From Tubulanus polymorphus (Eukaryota > Animalia > Nemertea), in NCBI RefSeq assembly GCF_964204645.1, contig NC_134031.1, positions 5,766,001 to 5,830,000 of the forward strand: a stretch of 64,000 bases of DNA, in the 5' to 3' direction. This document shows positions 37,212-61,708 of the stretch, piece by piece; the first letter of the stretch is position 1; each line of letters begins with the position of its first letter. The notes below the pieces were generated by a model. The model saw nothing but the letters and a program-made list of their open reading frames with translations. It made no database searches and was not told where the DNA came from. Position numbers and translations under genes: made by a program.

Positions 37212-39754
37212 GTAGGTCGTGCGTTTGTCGTTGTTGCTTTTTTACGACGTAATTCGCTTTCGAGTTGATAGTTACCGCGCAGCCGATAGATCGATTGGAT
37301 CGGTATTCAATTGTATAACTTTCACGTTATCGATTTATCATCATTTAACATTTTTGTAACAACGCACACAATCGCAGTAGAGATCTACATCGTAATATCA
37401 ATGTTCACTGTCTAACGCATATATACGTAATGATTGCAGTTATTCGATACAACGGAATCTAACCCCGCATTCGACATTTCTTTCTAATCTAATAGTAATT
37501 CAATAACAATTCGTGCTAAAGTTTTCGTTTTTATCTGATTGTTACTTTATTTAGTAAATCATAACTCTTCGGTAGAGAGTCGAGGTAGTTGAATAACCAT
37601 AAAAGCGTAAACACGATAAATCTCATTTTCAAATGAGTAAATACTTTTTTATTTAAAACGTACGTTAGTCAATTATTTTGGGGTCTAGCTTGTGCGCCTT
37701 ACTTAGACATCCGAAGAAAGAATGCTATCCAGAAATGTAACGGGCGTGTCAGCCTATCACAGTCTCAGAACGGGTCCACTCGTCGGCAGATCTCACGATA
37801 CACCTATCATGGGTTAACTGCCGATCGTACGTTTCACGCAGGATTATTGGACAGTCTTGTTCACCTTTTATCGAAAATACGTTAGACGGTATATTTGACC
37901 GTATTTCTATGACGTAATAGCCGTAAAAAGCCGTATCCTGATATAATCTTTATTTGTTGTAGGACTACACGAGTCCTTATACGAGCATTTTTGGTTTGCT
38001 AAGCCAGATTTCCCCCTAGCGTGTACATATCGTAGGCATAACGCGCACGGAGAATGTATAACAAAATAACAGCTACAGTAAATATGGTAATAGTATGTAA
38101 TTAGATTATTGTCATTGAACAAACGTAACATCGCCGAGAAAATTACCGGGGTCAAAATGAATTATGGTTTTCTGTTTATATTGCTTCCGTGCAAAATTAT
38201 CCTTCAAATTAGCATCGGTTATTTCTATATATACTTATATAAACGGCAGATTAGAACACGGCGCGCTTTACGTATCATGCGAAGAATAAACCGACAAGGG
38301 GAAATCAAAGGAATTCTCTCGATGAATCGAGTATACTTACGCTATTAACGTCGCACCGTAAATATCAAACGACTCGACTTTGATTTCTGCCCCGCAAAAC
38401 ATCAGAGAAAACCGTTCAAATTTTATCGCTCCCATTTTGCACTTAGAATTTTGAGCCGAACTATACGGACTTCGAAATTTCAATATAGATTTCAAATTCT
38501 GAATTATACATTAGACTCAGGCGCGAGGCCCTCCGAAAAAATGTCCTTCGTATTGTTAATTTTCAGTACTTCAATGCTACATTTCAAAGTACAAGGTACA
38601 TGTTAGATTAATGAGATGATCCCGCAGTGCTTAAAACGCCCAGAATACGTGAAGATTTGACTAATTTTTCAAAATTTTCTGGGGATGACTATAGAGAGCA
38701 CCACCCCCCCCCCTTTGAAAAATCCTGGATCCACCCCTGAGACTCCGCCCAAGTTGGATCCGATCAACTGGGATAACCGTTCAACTTTGATGTTTTTTGA
38801 AATATGTTTTTTTTCGACACCAATGAGATACATAACGTCCAACTAACTCGGGTATTACACATTTTTTACGGTCCCAAAAGATCCGACTTGAGCGAAGTCT
38901 ACTGTACATTATGTTCAAACTTCGGAATGTTTTGGGAGCACCTGGTCCAAGGCTATACAACACTATAAATCACTGGAAAGAACTAATCTGAAGAGAAAAT
39001 CACCGTTTATCTGATTCCATTCAGATATTTCATTTGATTTCTGATTTCAGATTTGATATTCGATGAGAATTTGCAATCTCTTGTCAAAATGACAAAAACA
39101 TTACTCGGATCACTTAGTCGAAAATTACTAGTTTCTTCTGGTTCAGGTTTCTAGCCGCGTAATGATTACATTATTCGCTTGAGTTGTTCTTGTTCCGGGT
39201 ATAGAGACGTAGACTGAATCAAACTCATTCACCTAAATACAACCATGAGTCCGCGCTAATAGCCGTGTTACGTAAATCGGAAATGGTCGGATAACATCTT
39301 ACGAAATTACGCCCGTTCTTGAAGTGGTTCCTTAATGAATGAACCTTCGACAAAACATTATTATAAACAAGCCTTGAGAATTTTCCACGAAATGTTGCCG
39401 AAACGCGCAACAATACCGCGCCCGCGGAATCGGTCAATGCAACAATAACAGGGCAACCAATTTGGAAACCATCTATATTCAGAGCTAGCTGTGTGTGCGA
39501 CCCGAGTCGGCTTTATATCTTCTATACACTGGTTTTTGTATTGAAACGCATTCACACGGTGAACTTTTAAATGTAATCCCCTGTTTAAATCTCGGTACAC
39601 TAAAATCCCTCAGTTCGGACGTAGGCCTTCTCGGTGTAAACATGCCGCCTGCCGTCGCAGTCTTGTAAGGAATTTCGCCCAATTTCAAAATCGCCCTCGA
39701 AACACATCGGAAATACCTTATTTCAACGTCCGAAAAGAATCGAAAATAGTCGAT

Positions 39755-39787
39755 ATGGCATCTTGGGCATATAGGCAGTACATGCAG
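39755..39787 (+). CDS. Candidate alternative first coding exon C of the SEA-Fz-LDLa gene
   Basis: ATG...CAG|GTACGT, phase 0, MASWAYRQYMQ. Confidence 0.45.
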
Positions 39788-40903
39788 GTACGTGTATAAA
39801 TAGATAGTAAACCATATTTCGCTCTAAGTATTGTCGAGCATCGAATGGATTTTCCGAAATGCCACGTATGGAACTAACACTTGCTTAACTTGCTCACAAT
39901 TTGCTAATTCAATTTGTCCGAAAAGAGCAAGGCTATTTTTGTATATATCTGTTTGATAAAAGGAGTGGTCGCGGAAGCCTAGTGTTTTATGAGTCGAACG
40001 AATTAGTTTTAGTTCGGGCGAAGTACACCTATTGGTTAACTTAGTGTGATATGTACTTAGTGTGATTGTGGCTACCGTCTTTAGTGTCCAACCAAAAGTG
40101 AATTATGTATATTTGGTGCAACGGATTTTACTACTAACGACATTGCGCCGACTTGCAACAAATGCGATCCCTGCGTGAATATCTGTATAGACATGTTCTA
40201 CTTACTGTATGTAATTATGCCTTTTTCGATATACAAATACAATAAAAGCAGTAGTAAGAATTCCAAATATTCGTTGGACGCTAACAAAAAACAGTCTCCT
40301 GGCTTTATATTGTCAGAAGACACAATCGTAACGGCTGCATGGACTAAAGGTTACAAATACTAATCACAAAACAATCTTTAACTTCGCTTATTCCATGTCA
40401 ACCGCTGGTGTATTATTATGTATCATTTAAAAAACGATAGTATTAGACTCGAGAATATGATGGGCGAAAATTTCAAGCAAAAACTGGATAATTTCTCGTA
40501 CTTAATTGATATTGTGGTCACCCAATCGTTGTTCTCCCATGGGAAACATATGCAATTTGGCTATTTATATTGGTATCTAGATATGTTTTGTATCGACAAT
40601 CAATTGCAAATCTCTAGCTCATCTTCTATGATTGTGGTATCAAGGTCATTTCTTTGTATATGTTCACCAGGGGGCGTTCAATAGCGGGATAACGTAGTAT
40701 TTCAATTTATATTGGTACCTATGCATAATTTGTAACCACAATGAATTGCAAGATTCTTGCTCATCACATGTTCTATGATTGTGGTGATATTCAGGCTCTT
40801 TAGTGGCTGTATTTGCTCACCAGGGGTTGTTGAATATTGAAGTAATCGGTCTGTAATTTCCCTTACTGGGATAATTCTAGATAACAACATCTATATTTTT
40901 CAG

Positions 40904-52629
<11,726 letters not shown>

Positions 52630-55444
52630 CAACCGTCTTTACGACTATTCCCCTTGTTCTCCCGTTGTCTTTTCTCGACGTTAATATTACCATTATCACC
52701 TTGACTTGATCTTTCCAAATTATGTTTTAGTTGCATTCAAAATGCTCTATGCATGTATATTTTGAAATAGCTTCTGTTTTAGAATCGATGGAGATAAATC
52801 TCACAATTTTGATGTTACATAGGTCTATACATACATATACGTATACATATAACTATTATTTCTCGTTTTGTAAACCGTTGATAATATTGTTGTTATAGTA
52901 CATTTTTTTCGTTGACGACACTTTGCGCAAATCACGTGATGCAGGTCATCCATTTTTGTCGACTGCGGTTTCGTTTTGTTATCGTATAATGTTTCATTCA
53001 GTGTCGGTCGATTTTTGTTGCATTCCAAAAATGTATCGACAACTCTGTTTGTCCGCTACTAACTTCTCGTTCCTCGTTCCTCTATCAGAAAAAACCATGA
53101 CGAATCTCGCGATGTACATAATGTATCGATCAGATTTTTGAACATCGCCCTCTATTGCTAATTTCTCGAAACTTGTATGCAGTCGTGTACATAAATATAT
53201 ATTTAATATATGTATTTTTCTACTTAAAGCAAACAATAAATGCATTTATAAGGAATGAATATTGATTTTTTTCGATCATTTTTGCTCCATTCATATCGCA
53301 GCAGAGGACGCCCGTAGTAGATCCAGGAGTAGACATGGGGACCCCAAGAAAAATGTTAACTGCCAAATGTATTTGGGTGGGGGGTTCTTTGAAAAATAGA
53401 AGCTTCCAAATGCATTTCCCTGCATTTAACCAGTGAAATTTAACATTCAGTGACATAGCAGTTTATACTACTGATTTTTTTTCGGAATGATTTGGAATAG
53501 CGGTGTTGAAAGAAAAACACTCGAAGGGCGAATTTCAGACACCCTGGAATCCTCCTGGACCCGCCCTTGTAACCATGTACAAAAACCAAAGAATTGTACA
53601 TTTTCAGTTCATGTTTGGAACATGGAGACTGGCCTGATGGCCACATCTGCGGTCAATATCGGTCGTAAGAATGATACTCTACGAATAAGCTGTTTTGCAA
53701 GTCATTATTCCTTGCTTAGTTATAAACGAAGTTGTCTCCGACACATCATCAAGGTTATGGTATCAACAATCTAGCAAGACGTAATCCTTATTACATTGTA
53801 TATCAACTTTTATTTAGAATAGATCTTTAACATACGTATTTATATTTACAAAATCTTGATAATTATTTTTACACAGAGTTACATATTTTTGTACATATTC
53901 TTATTATGTACAGTTTGTACGCGCACGATACCCTCGAATGTTGCGATGAAAACCGCGCCAAACAAAAACATTGAGATCTGGGAAGGTGAAATAACGATAA
54001 GAGGTAAAAATTTAATAGATGAGTTATAAGTGAACACTGAGAATGGTCCGGACGAGAACAGAATACAACTAACTTTCAGGTCAAGTCTTTACCGGGATCT
54101 GCATAATTTGTTAATTAAATGCGATATGTCGCATTCGATCTTATGCACTATATTAGGTAAGTCAATTTCATTTCGCTTAAAAACCTGAAATCTGATGACC
54201 TGTAAATAAAAATCTTAATTTCTCGCATCACCGGATGAGGGTAAATTCAATCAAATTCAATTGGGAATTTCATCGTTTGATTTGTTCTATAACCATTAAA
54301 TAACCATCAAATCTTATTACATAGATAAACTATGACTGAGAATTTATTTGGCTAGCAACCAAATATCCCTGTGGGAATTCATAAAATCTTAAGAAATTCA
54401 TACGTCAGTCATTCATAGGACATCGTCGAGTTAAGATATGCAAATCACCGTCGCTGTTATGCCATTTTCGTTTATCATAAGTTGGATTACGGATTTTATG
54501 GTCTTGAAATATTTGCGGAGGCGGGGAACAAATCTTAAAAGAATATTTGTTTTCTTAAGACATTGAAAAACATTTCTTAGTTTGGAGGTCATTTTCGATA
54601 ATAGTACTCGAATATTGTCTATTTACTGCCTACATAGATATTGTCCACCGCGATTTTTTGTGTTTGATGTAAAAAGATGACATGGCAGTGTTAAAACGTT
54701 ATAAATGTTGAATTTTATTTTCATAACACTATGCTTAAGGGGGCGGCGGGAAAAATCTAAATGAAATTTCGTTTTTTTCCTCGGAATCGGAAAACTCATC
54801 GACGGATCCGTAATCCAACAAATAACAAAAATATGGCTATATCACCATGAATTGCAACAGTTTCACTCGGACGAAAAAAAAAGAAGAAAATTATTTTTCA
54901 TTTAGAAGATATAAATCAGCACGGGGAAGAACAGCGTCGAAATGAAGAATTTTACGAGTTAGTCGAGCTTTTAAAAATGGATTGGAAATACACAACCATA
55001 TTGGAATGTAGCAACTATGTAATAACAGTGAGTATGGTCGGTATTTGGTATATGACACATGTAACATTAACCTATGCACATGTATATACATATATACGAC
55101 CTTTGTGAAGTCAGTACCACGGACTCTAAAACGAAGAGCCAATGGTGAATACTTTTTTTCGAATCACAGAAGTTAAGAAGCCTTGTTTACGTATAATTCC
55201 CAAGCTGTGAAATGTTTTCTTTTTAAAGTTTTTTACTATAATTTTCAACGACGGGTGTGAGATCAAAAACTTCATCGGAGAACACATTCGACTGAAACCG
55301 AATAGATTAAACCACTTTCAATAAGGAATTAAGTCGCGTCGGACTTATCTGACAACTTCGAATGGTGGATACAGCGGGCGAGCGCGTCTTTGACCTAGAT
55401 CGATAAAAAACGAACATCCAATCGAAACACTTTCTCGCGCGTTA

Positions 55445-57284
55445 TCAGGCTTCCGTTTCGACCTTGACCTCGTCTTTGTGCGTTTCCTCTTCTTGCATCA
55501 TTTCTAACGTCGGTTTACAACTGACCAATTGGCTGCAAGAATCGTTTTTGTGTAAATCGCGTTTCGGGCGAGCGCCCGATTGTTTGGCCGCTTTTTTCTC
55601 CTCCTCGATCTGAAGCGCCTCGATCGATCTGAGCGTGTTCATGCGTTCCAGTTTTTGTTCCCGTTTCTCCATCGTAAACGACAGTTGTCGGCTGTACGTT
55701 TTGTAGATGACGCTGTCGGTCGGGCGTTTGCAAACGCGGATTGTCTCGAGATTTTTCGGCTTGAAACTGTACCGCGGCTCGCGCGGCTGAACGATTCGTA
55801 TGCTACCCCATTTCTGTAGGAATATCGTGACGGCAACGCACCAGATAACTACGATTATCAAAACAACAGCGAAGTCGCCGATTCTGAAGGCGCGTAAAAA
55901 CTGTTCCGAGCTTTCGCGGTCTGAAACGACAAAAACAGGAAATCAGAGGAGGGGATACTCTTTCAAGAGTGACATGGAAAATGGAATCTAAACTTATTGC
56001 AATATATATTTCAGCCCTACACAGTGAGGATTTCGTATTGAGAATCCCTCCCCCTGGAATGGAAAGAAGCGCGATATTTTAATTTTTGTGCCCAATTCGT
56101 CGCAAGATACGAGGCGCAAATCTACAGCAGAAAGATAGATGGCGTATGTGACCAGGCTACCGCAAACTCTCAAGAAAACTTTTGAAGCTGATCTCGGCAA
56201 TTAGTACAAGCAATTAACCACCCTGCGAGTCTGAGAGCGGCTGCGCAATTCATCATAAATTCTGACAATGAAACTGTTGTGTTGGTCGTCCATCAAAATC
56301 CTAACAGCTAATATTCTCTTCGCTAGTTGATCGATGGGCTGCATACTATGCCGGATATCGACTCGGGTCGGCGGTGCATTTTAAGTAAGGATTCAATTAG
56401 TTTCTTGCCGATTTTATCAATGTCATATATCGATATATTTTATGGTCTAAAGGACATTTCGTGTAGATATTGGATATTCGGCATTTCCTGTCGCTTTTGC
56501 ACATTGGCAAGTTTATATGATAGCGATATGGGTAATGATCAGATATATTTGATTACGCGTCAACACGAATTTTATTTTACAATTTCTAGAACACAGGAGA
56601 GTTCCTTTCCGCAATTCCATTTGCGACGAACCGACTTCTTTGTACATTATTCAACATAGGCAAAATGCTACGCGGGGGGTTATTTAGAGTGTTAACTTAA
56701 TTCGAGGGTAAAAAACAATGAACTAATATAATATGAAGGAAGAAATATTGATAGTTTGAATAAAAGTGGACAGTTTGAGAAGGTACAAAAATGTCCATAG
56801 GTCTATAAAAGTTTCATATATTTTTGCGGTAAACATCGTAAAAACCAATAAACCAAGAATTACATTCAAAAGAATGTTTCCCGAGTGAACGGGTAAACTA
56901 TAGCCGTCAAATCTCACGTGCATACATAGTTTATAGCGAGGCACTTGTGCATCGACGTACCCGATAATGTGAGGAATGTTGCATTTGAGCTACTATTGCT
57001 TGAACCCTCGTCGTTGAACGCCCTCATATAGATTATATAGTACGTATCAGGAAGAAGCTGATTCACCGTCTTCAACCTGACATCGGGCTGTAAATACGTC
57101 ACCAGTCGAAACGGTCTCGAGTTAACGTTTCTCGTGTTGTTGTAGTAAGGAAGAACAGTCATTTCAAAATATCCGACCCGAATCTGAGACGTCGAACCGG
57201 TCGTAGTAGAGTGGGTCCATGTGACTACAGCAGTGCGGGAAAATACTTGCAGAATGCGTATGTTGCTCGGCGCCTGCGGGAGAG
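55445..57284 (-). CDS. FNDC4/FNDC5 (irisin)-like single-FN3 type I membrane protein; 5' exon(s) not resolved
   Basis: Exon 57284-56961 encodes an FN3 domain (PQAPSNIRI...VVTW...LLPDTYYIIYMRAFNDEGSS). It splices in phase to 55920-55445, which encodes a TM segment (GDFAVVLIIVVIWCVAVTIFL), the juxtamembrane KWGSIRIVQP and a charged tail. Confidence 0.8.
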
Positions 57285-57738
57285 CTGAAAATATGAAAAG
57301 AATCACGTTACGCTATATCATAAAAGTCTGATATAAATTGATTGAATTAGCTGAATAAGATATCCAGTTACGAGCTACTCGCGTGAATTATTCATATAAA
57401 AGCGTGTATTTACTAAATAGCCGTACTGCAGGTTCTGCACGACATAGGTAAAATAGAGAAGTGCATCAATGTCCAGCGACTAGGTTCTATTCATTAAGCA
57501 AAATGCTTTGATTACGTAGTTGCCACGGGAAACCTCGGTTATCCGTATAGAAACTCTTAATCCGAATTGTAGTTTCAAATGATTGACCGTAGATCGTGGA
57601 TCGTGGGTCAAGCCCAAACTGGTCCAGACTCATAAACGATCTTGAAATCAAAATACGACACCGGCATAAAATGGTGTAAATTCTCATTCTAGACTGGCTT
57701 TGGCCCCCCCTGGCTTATCCATACTAAGGTTACCGCGA

Positions 57739-57958
57739 GAGAAATCGCACAATAGATTCAGCCAAAAATTAAAAGATCTATAGTAAAATGGTATATAATA
57801 TTTCGAGCAACGTTTCGGCTTAATACTATTAGCCATCTTCAGGCCTACAAAGAAAAGAATGAAATTAACAGAATATCATTATATCCTTGCTCGAAATATA
57901 TACCATTTTACTATAGAACTTATAATTTTTGGGCGAATCTATTTTCGGATTTCTCTCG
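57739..57958 (-). mobile_element. Penelope-like inverted-repeat remnant with a minimal hammerhead (core 57842-57809, minus strand)
   Basis: Minus strand CUGAAGA-UGGCU(aauaguauua)AGCC-GAAAC-GUU; flanking ~70-bp inverted repeats (CTATAGTAAAATGGTATA...TTTCGAGCAA / TTGCTCGAAA...TATACCATTTTACTATAG). Confidence 0.6.
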
Positions 57959-58517
57959 TTATTCATCTTACACGGATATTGTGTATATTTTCTCGACTCA
58001 TAAGGTTGCTGTATTAAGGTCGAAAGCAATATAAGCGATTAAGCCAGACTTTTAGATCAAGTAAAACTTTCAAATTTGAGATGATTCTAGAAGGAAGACG
58101 GCATAGCCTGGCGTTATAACATAATGCGGAGACCCCGGTAGGGAGAATATTCGGTAGACAATGTCACGAAGGCGACGTTGCCAGCGAATGCGTGGAGTGA
58201 AATTTCACTATTCCTCGGTGCTAATGCGATTCCCCCAACCTCGAAACATCAGATTTAGCATCCTGTAGGTTGTTTATCATAATGTTTTTTTTTCAAGCCG
58301 TGGAAAAACCAGAAATATGATATAAAAACGAGATAATGTATCAGGAAAGATGCGATCTATACCGAACAATTGTGTCGACATGAAATAGAAATATGAGAGA
58401 TATCGGTATTAGATATTCGTAGCATCCTCCAACCCACGTGCACAAAACACTACGGTGATACAATACGGTGAAAATCCCACGATGTAGATAAGAACAAGAA
58501 AACTAATGGACGAAACG

Positions 58518-58638
58518 CACAGTTGATGATTTCACCACTTTTTCTCTGACAGTTTCGGAGTTTTTTGACTGAACTTCACCAAGGTTTAGTCAACACTTCG
58601 AAACTGTCAGAAAATAAATGGTTGAATGATCAACTGTG
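58518..58638. repeat. Inverted repeat with CGAAACTGTCAG arms
   Basis: CACAGTTGAT...CTGACAGTTTCG pairs with CGAAACTGTCAG...ATCAACTGTG. Confidence 0.55.
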
Positions 58639-60354
58639 GGTTTCGCTTATACGACTTCTTAATACTCAGATAAATATCTAAGACTACCGGTCACAAGAAA
58701 ACTAGCTTAAAAGTCAACGCTTTCAAAAGCAAATGACACATACACTGCCTAATATTATCGGCGACGAATAATATGATATGCTATTAAGGATCAATAAATT
58801 TATTTTGAATTTAATACACGACAATTGAATTGAATTTAATTTAATTGACCGGGAATCAGTCCAACCAGGCAAGGGCATAGGGCACATCCATCCAAAATGC
58901 ATTATTAAAAAGACATGAAAATGCACTTTACCAAAATTTCTGGGGGGATCTGCCCCTACCTAATATTATTAATACCCCCGCCAAATATGTTCCTGCTTTC
59001 CTATTCATAGAACTAAGGCCAAGTTGGATGGGGAAATCTCCTAGGTACTATTTTAATGTCCTGCCCTACGCATCTTCAGGCCTGCTAAACTAATTTCGGT
59101 CCAATGTCGACTACCGGTTGTACAACGGTCATGTACTGAAAAGTACGATGATTTGTAATCCGAAGTGAAAACATTGAAGGGGCTGCGCGACAGCTCTAAC
59201 ACTATGCCAGTATTTCTCATTTCCTGTCTTTCAGTTCTCCTCCTCTCTGCCTCAATACGTCTGAATGTTTATTCAATTTATTGAAAATCGTACACCGCAC
59301 TGACTTTCTCGCACGTCCATCAATATAATGACGTTAAGCCAAACTCTCCGAATAACGCCGCGTTTCCGGAACATTATTGCACGTATTTTTTTCTTTTCTC
59401 CGTTTCCCGCCAGGAAACATTTTCAGCAAAATAGGAAATTAGGCTTACTTCTGCAGTTTTTTTTTAAAGAATAAACCCCATCGACTTTCTTCTTCAATGA
59501 ACCCGATATGAATGCACAATTAACAATTTTAGGGAAAAACATGTCTCTACTTATGTATACAATTTAAATGGAAACTTCTATCGTGGGATCACGAACTATA
59601 ACCATTATACAAAAGCTTCCATCATTTCAATTCAAGCTTATTTTACCGCGTATAAACATACACAACGTTCTTCCCACGACATAATCCGAAAAGCTGAAAA
59701 AATACACTGTCGGAGTTCGTGTGTGTCGTATGTCGTTATATGCTCGTGGCAGGATTACAGAAAGATTACGAGGGAGGGTAATCGACATACGAACTGATGA
59801 ACCATTAACAGCTAGGCGAATCTCATAATCAACCGCGACCTCAATTCATTTACACTAATTCACGCTTCTCTCGCAGTATGGCTTCAGTGTAGAAAACTGT
59901 CTAAATTCCAGGGCAAACTTTGGGTTTTGTAGCCAGTCGACTAGTGGCTGGAACTAATTGCCGAACGCACTATAGTTCGGACAGTGTCGGCCATCTTGGA
60001 ACTAGGTCCGAACTACAGCGACCGTACTCAATTCCGTTGTCTATTACCAAACTAAATAACTGGCATTCGGTTTCACTAAGTTTTCAAATAGTCCGATAAC
60101 CGAGGTTTGCCCTGATCAGAAACACATTCGATGCGTAGTCACTAATGACTATATGCGGTAGAACGCAGTACCAAACAATCCCATCTTTGATGATGTCATT
60201 ATCAGCCAGTCGGAATTCCCGTTTTATTTACGCTCGGGTTTTACCATTTATAGTTTATCCGTGGAATTTGCCTCAGCAACTATACAACGTGCGTTCTGAT
60301 TGGTGCGGCAAGTTTTCGCGCGGCAAACCTGCGCATGTACCTGTGCACTCGGTC

Positions 60355-60420
60355 TCCGTGCCGTGGCTGAACCTAGCGATGCCATCAGGTTCGAATCCCT
60401 GCCGAGGAAGGTTGTACCAA
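60355..60420 (+). mobile_element. tRNA-like SINE head (A/B box) of the 23855/44380/46640 family
   Basis: GTGGCTGAACCTAGCGATGCCATCAGGTTCGAATCCCTGCCG. Confidence 0.55.
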
Positions 60421-61300
60421 CCCGCAGTAGTTTCAGTTCATATCATAGAAACGGTCATATCGTTACGTTTACGATTCTTCGTGAACACGCGAATAAGTTT
60501 TACTTGGATTTTGCTCATAACTCCGAGTGAATATACCATCACAATCGAGCCGGATCTATTCTCCGTGTAGAAATATCATTACGCATATTTCCACCATACT
60601 ATTCGCTTGGTCTACGCCGTTAATTATATCCTTGGTAGTTTTTTTCATGTCGCGGGACGAGACAGGAAACGAACTTCCGCTGGTTTGACTTCTCGTCGTT
60701 AATGACTTCTCAGAACGAACAGTTCGGTCCATCATAAATCCTCGCTGTGTGAGCTAACCGGACTGGAAGTAGCTGAGCCGATAGCTGTAAATGCATTTCT
60801 TACCCTCCACACTCTATCCTTTATCTTTCTCTCGCCTTGAATCTTCAATTCTCTTTTTATTTCCATTTGTCTCGGTCCTCACTCCACTCTCCCTTACATA
60901 CATTTTTCTAGTTTTTCTCATGCACTCATTACGCTCCAACAGCGTCGGTTCGATTTTCGATCTCAGTCGGATCACTCAGTACGTAGCATCGTAGATATAC
61001 TTTTACCTGATTTCATCCGCGAATGAATGAATACGATTCGATTCCAAATATCGTAAAACGTGATCTAACTCTCTGACTATCTCTCTTACTATCTGACTCT
61101 GCATGTTGGTTTCCACGGGAGCTGCACCTCAATACTTTATGAGTTATCAAAGCGGTCTCCGTTGGTTTCTATATTTCCAGGGCTAAAGAACAATGCAAAA
61201 TATTGGACTGAGAATATAAAAGTAAGATATTTACCATTTTTCAAAATATATTTTAAATCACTCTTGCCATTGATGTGTGTTACATAATCAAGCTCGAACC

Positions 61301-61708
61301 ATCAAATGTCAAACGGCAAAACTCACTGGTTACTTTTTACTGCGCTCTTCCGGTGGGTATCTTCATCGTGACAGTTAAAGGCGGTAAAACTATTCATAGA
61401 TTACCAGAGCCGTGTCGGGCTTTTTTGAGGGGCAGTTCTATTTCAAGAAAAATGCACTTTTTCACCGTGAAAATGGGGGACTTTTCTAATGTGCCTATCG
61501 TTCGCTTGCGTCATTCTCAAATGTCAAACGGCAGGTTTCACCGGTTACTTTTTACGAAACTCTGCCGGTGGGTATCTTCACCGTGACAGTTAAAGGCGGT
61601 AAAACTATTCATGGATTACCAGGCTCGTGTCGAGGTTTTTTAAGGGGCAGTTCTATTACATGGGAAAATGCACTTTTTCGCCGCGAAAAGTGAAGGACTT
61701 TCCTATCG
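61301..61708. repeat. Diverged tandem duplication, ~216-bp unit
   Basis: TCAAATGTCAAACGGCA...CCGGTGGGTATCTTCA.CGTGACAGTTAAAGGCGGTAAAACTATTCAT occurs twice. Confidence 0.85.
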
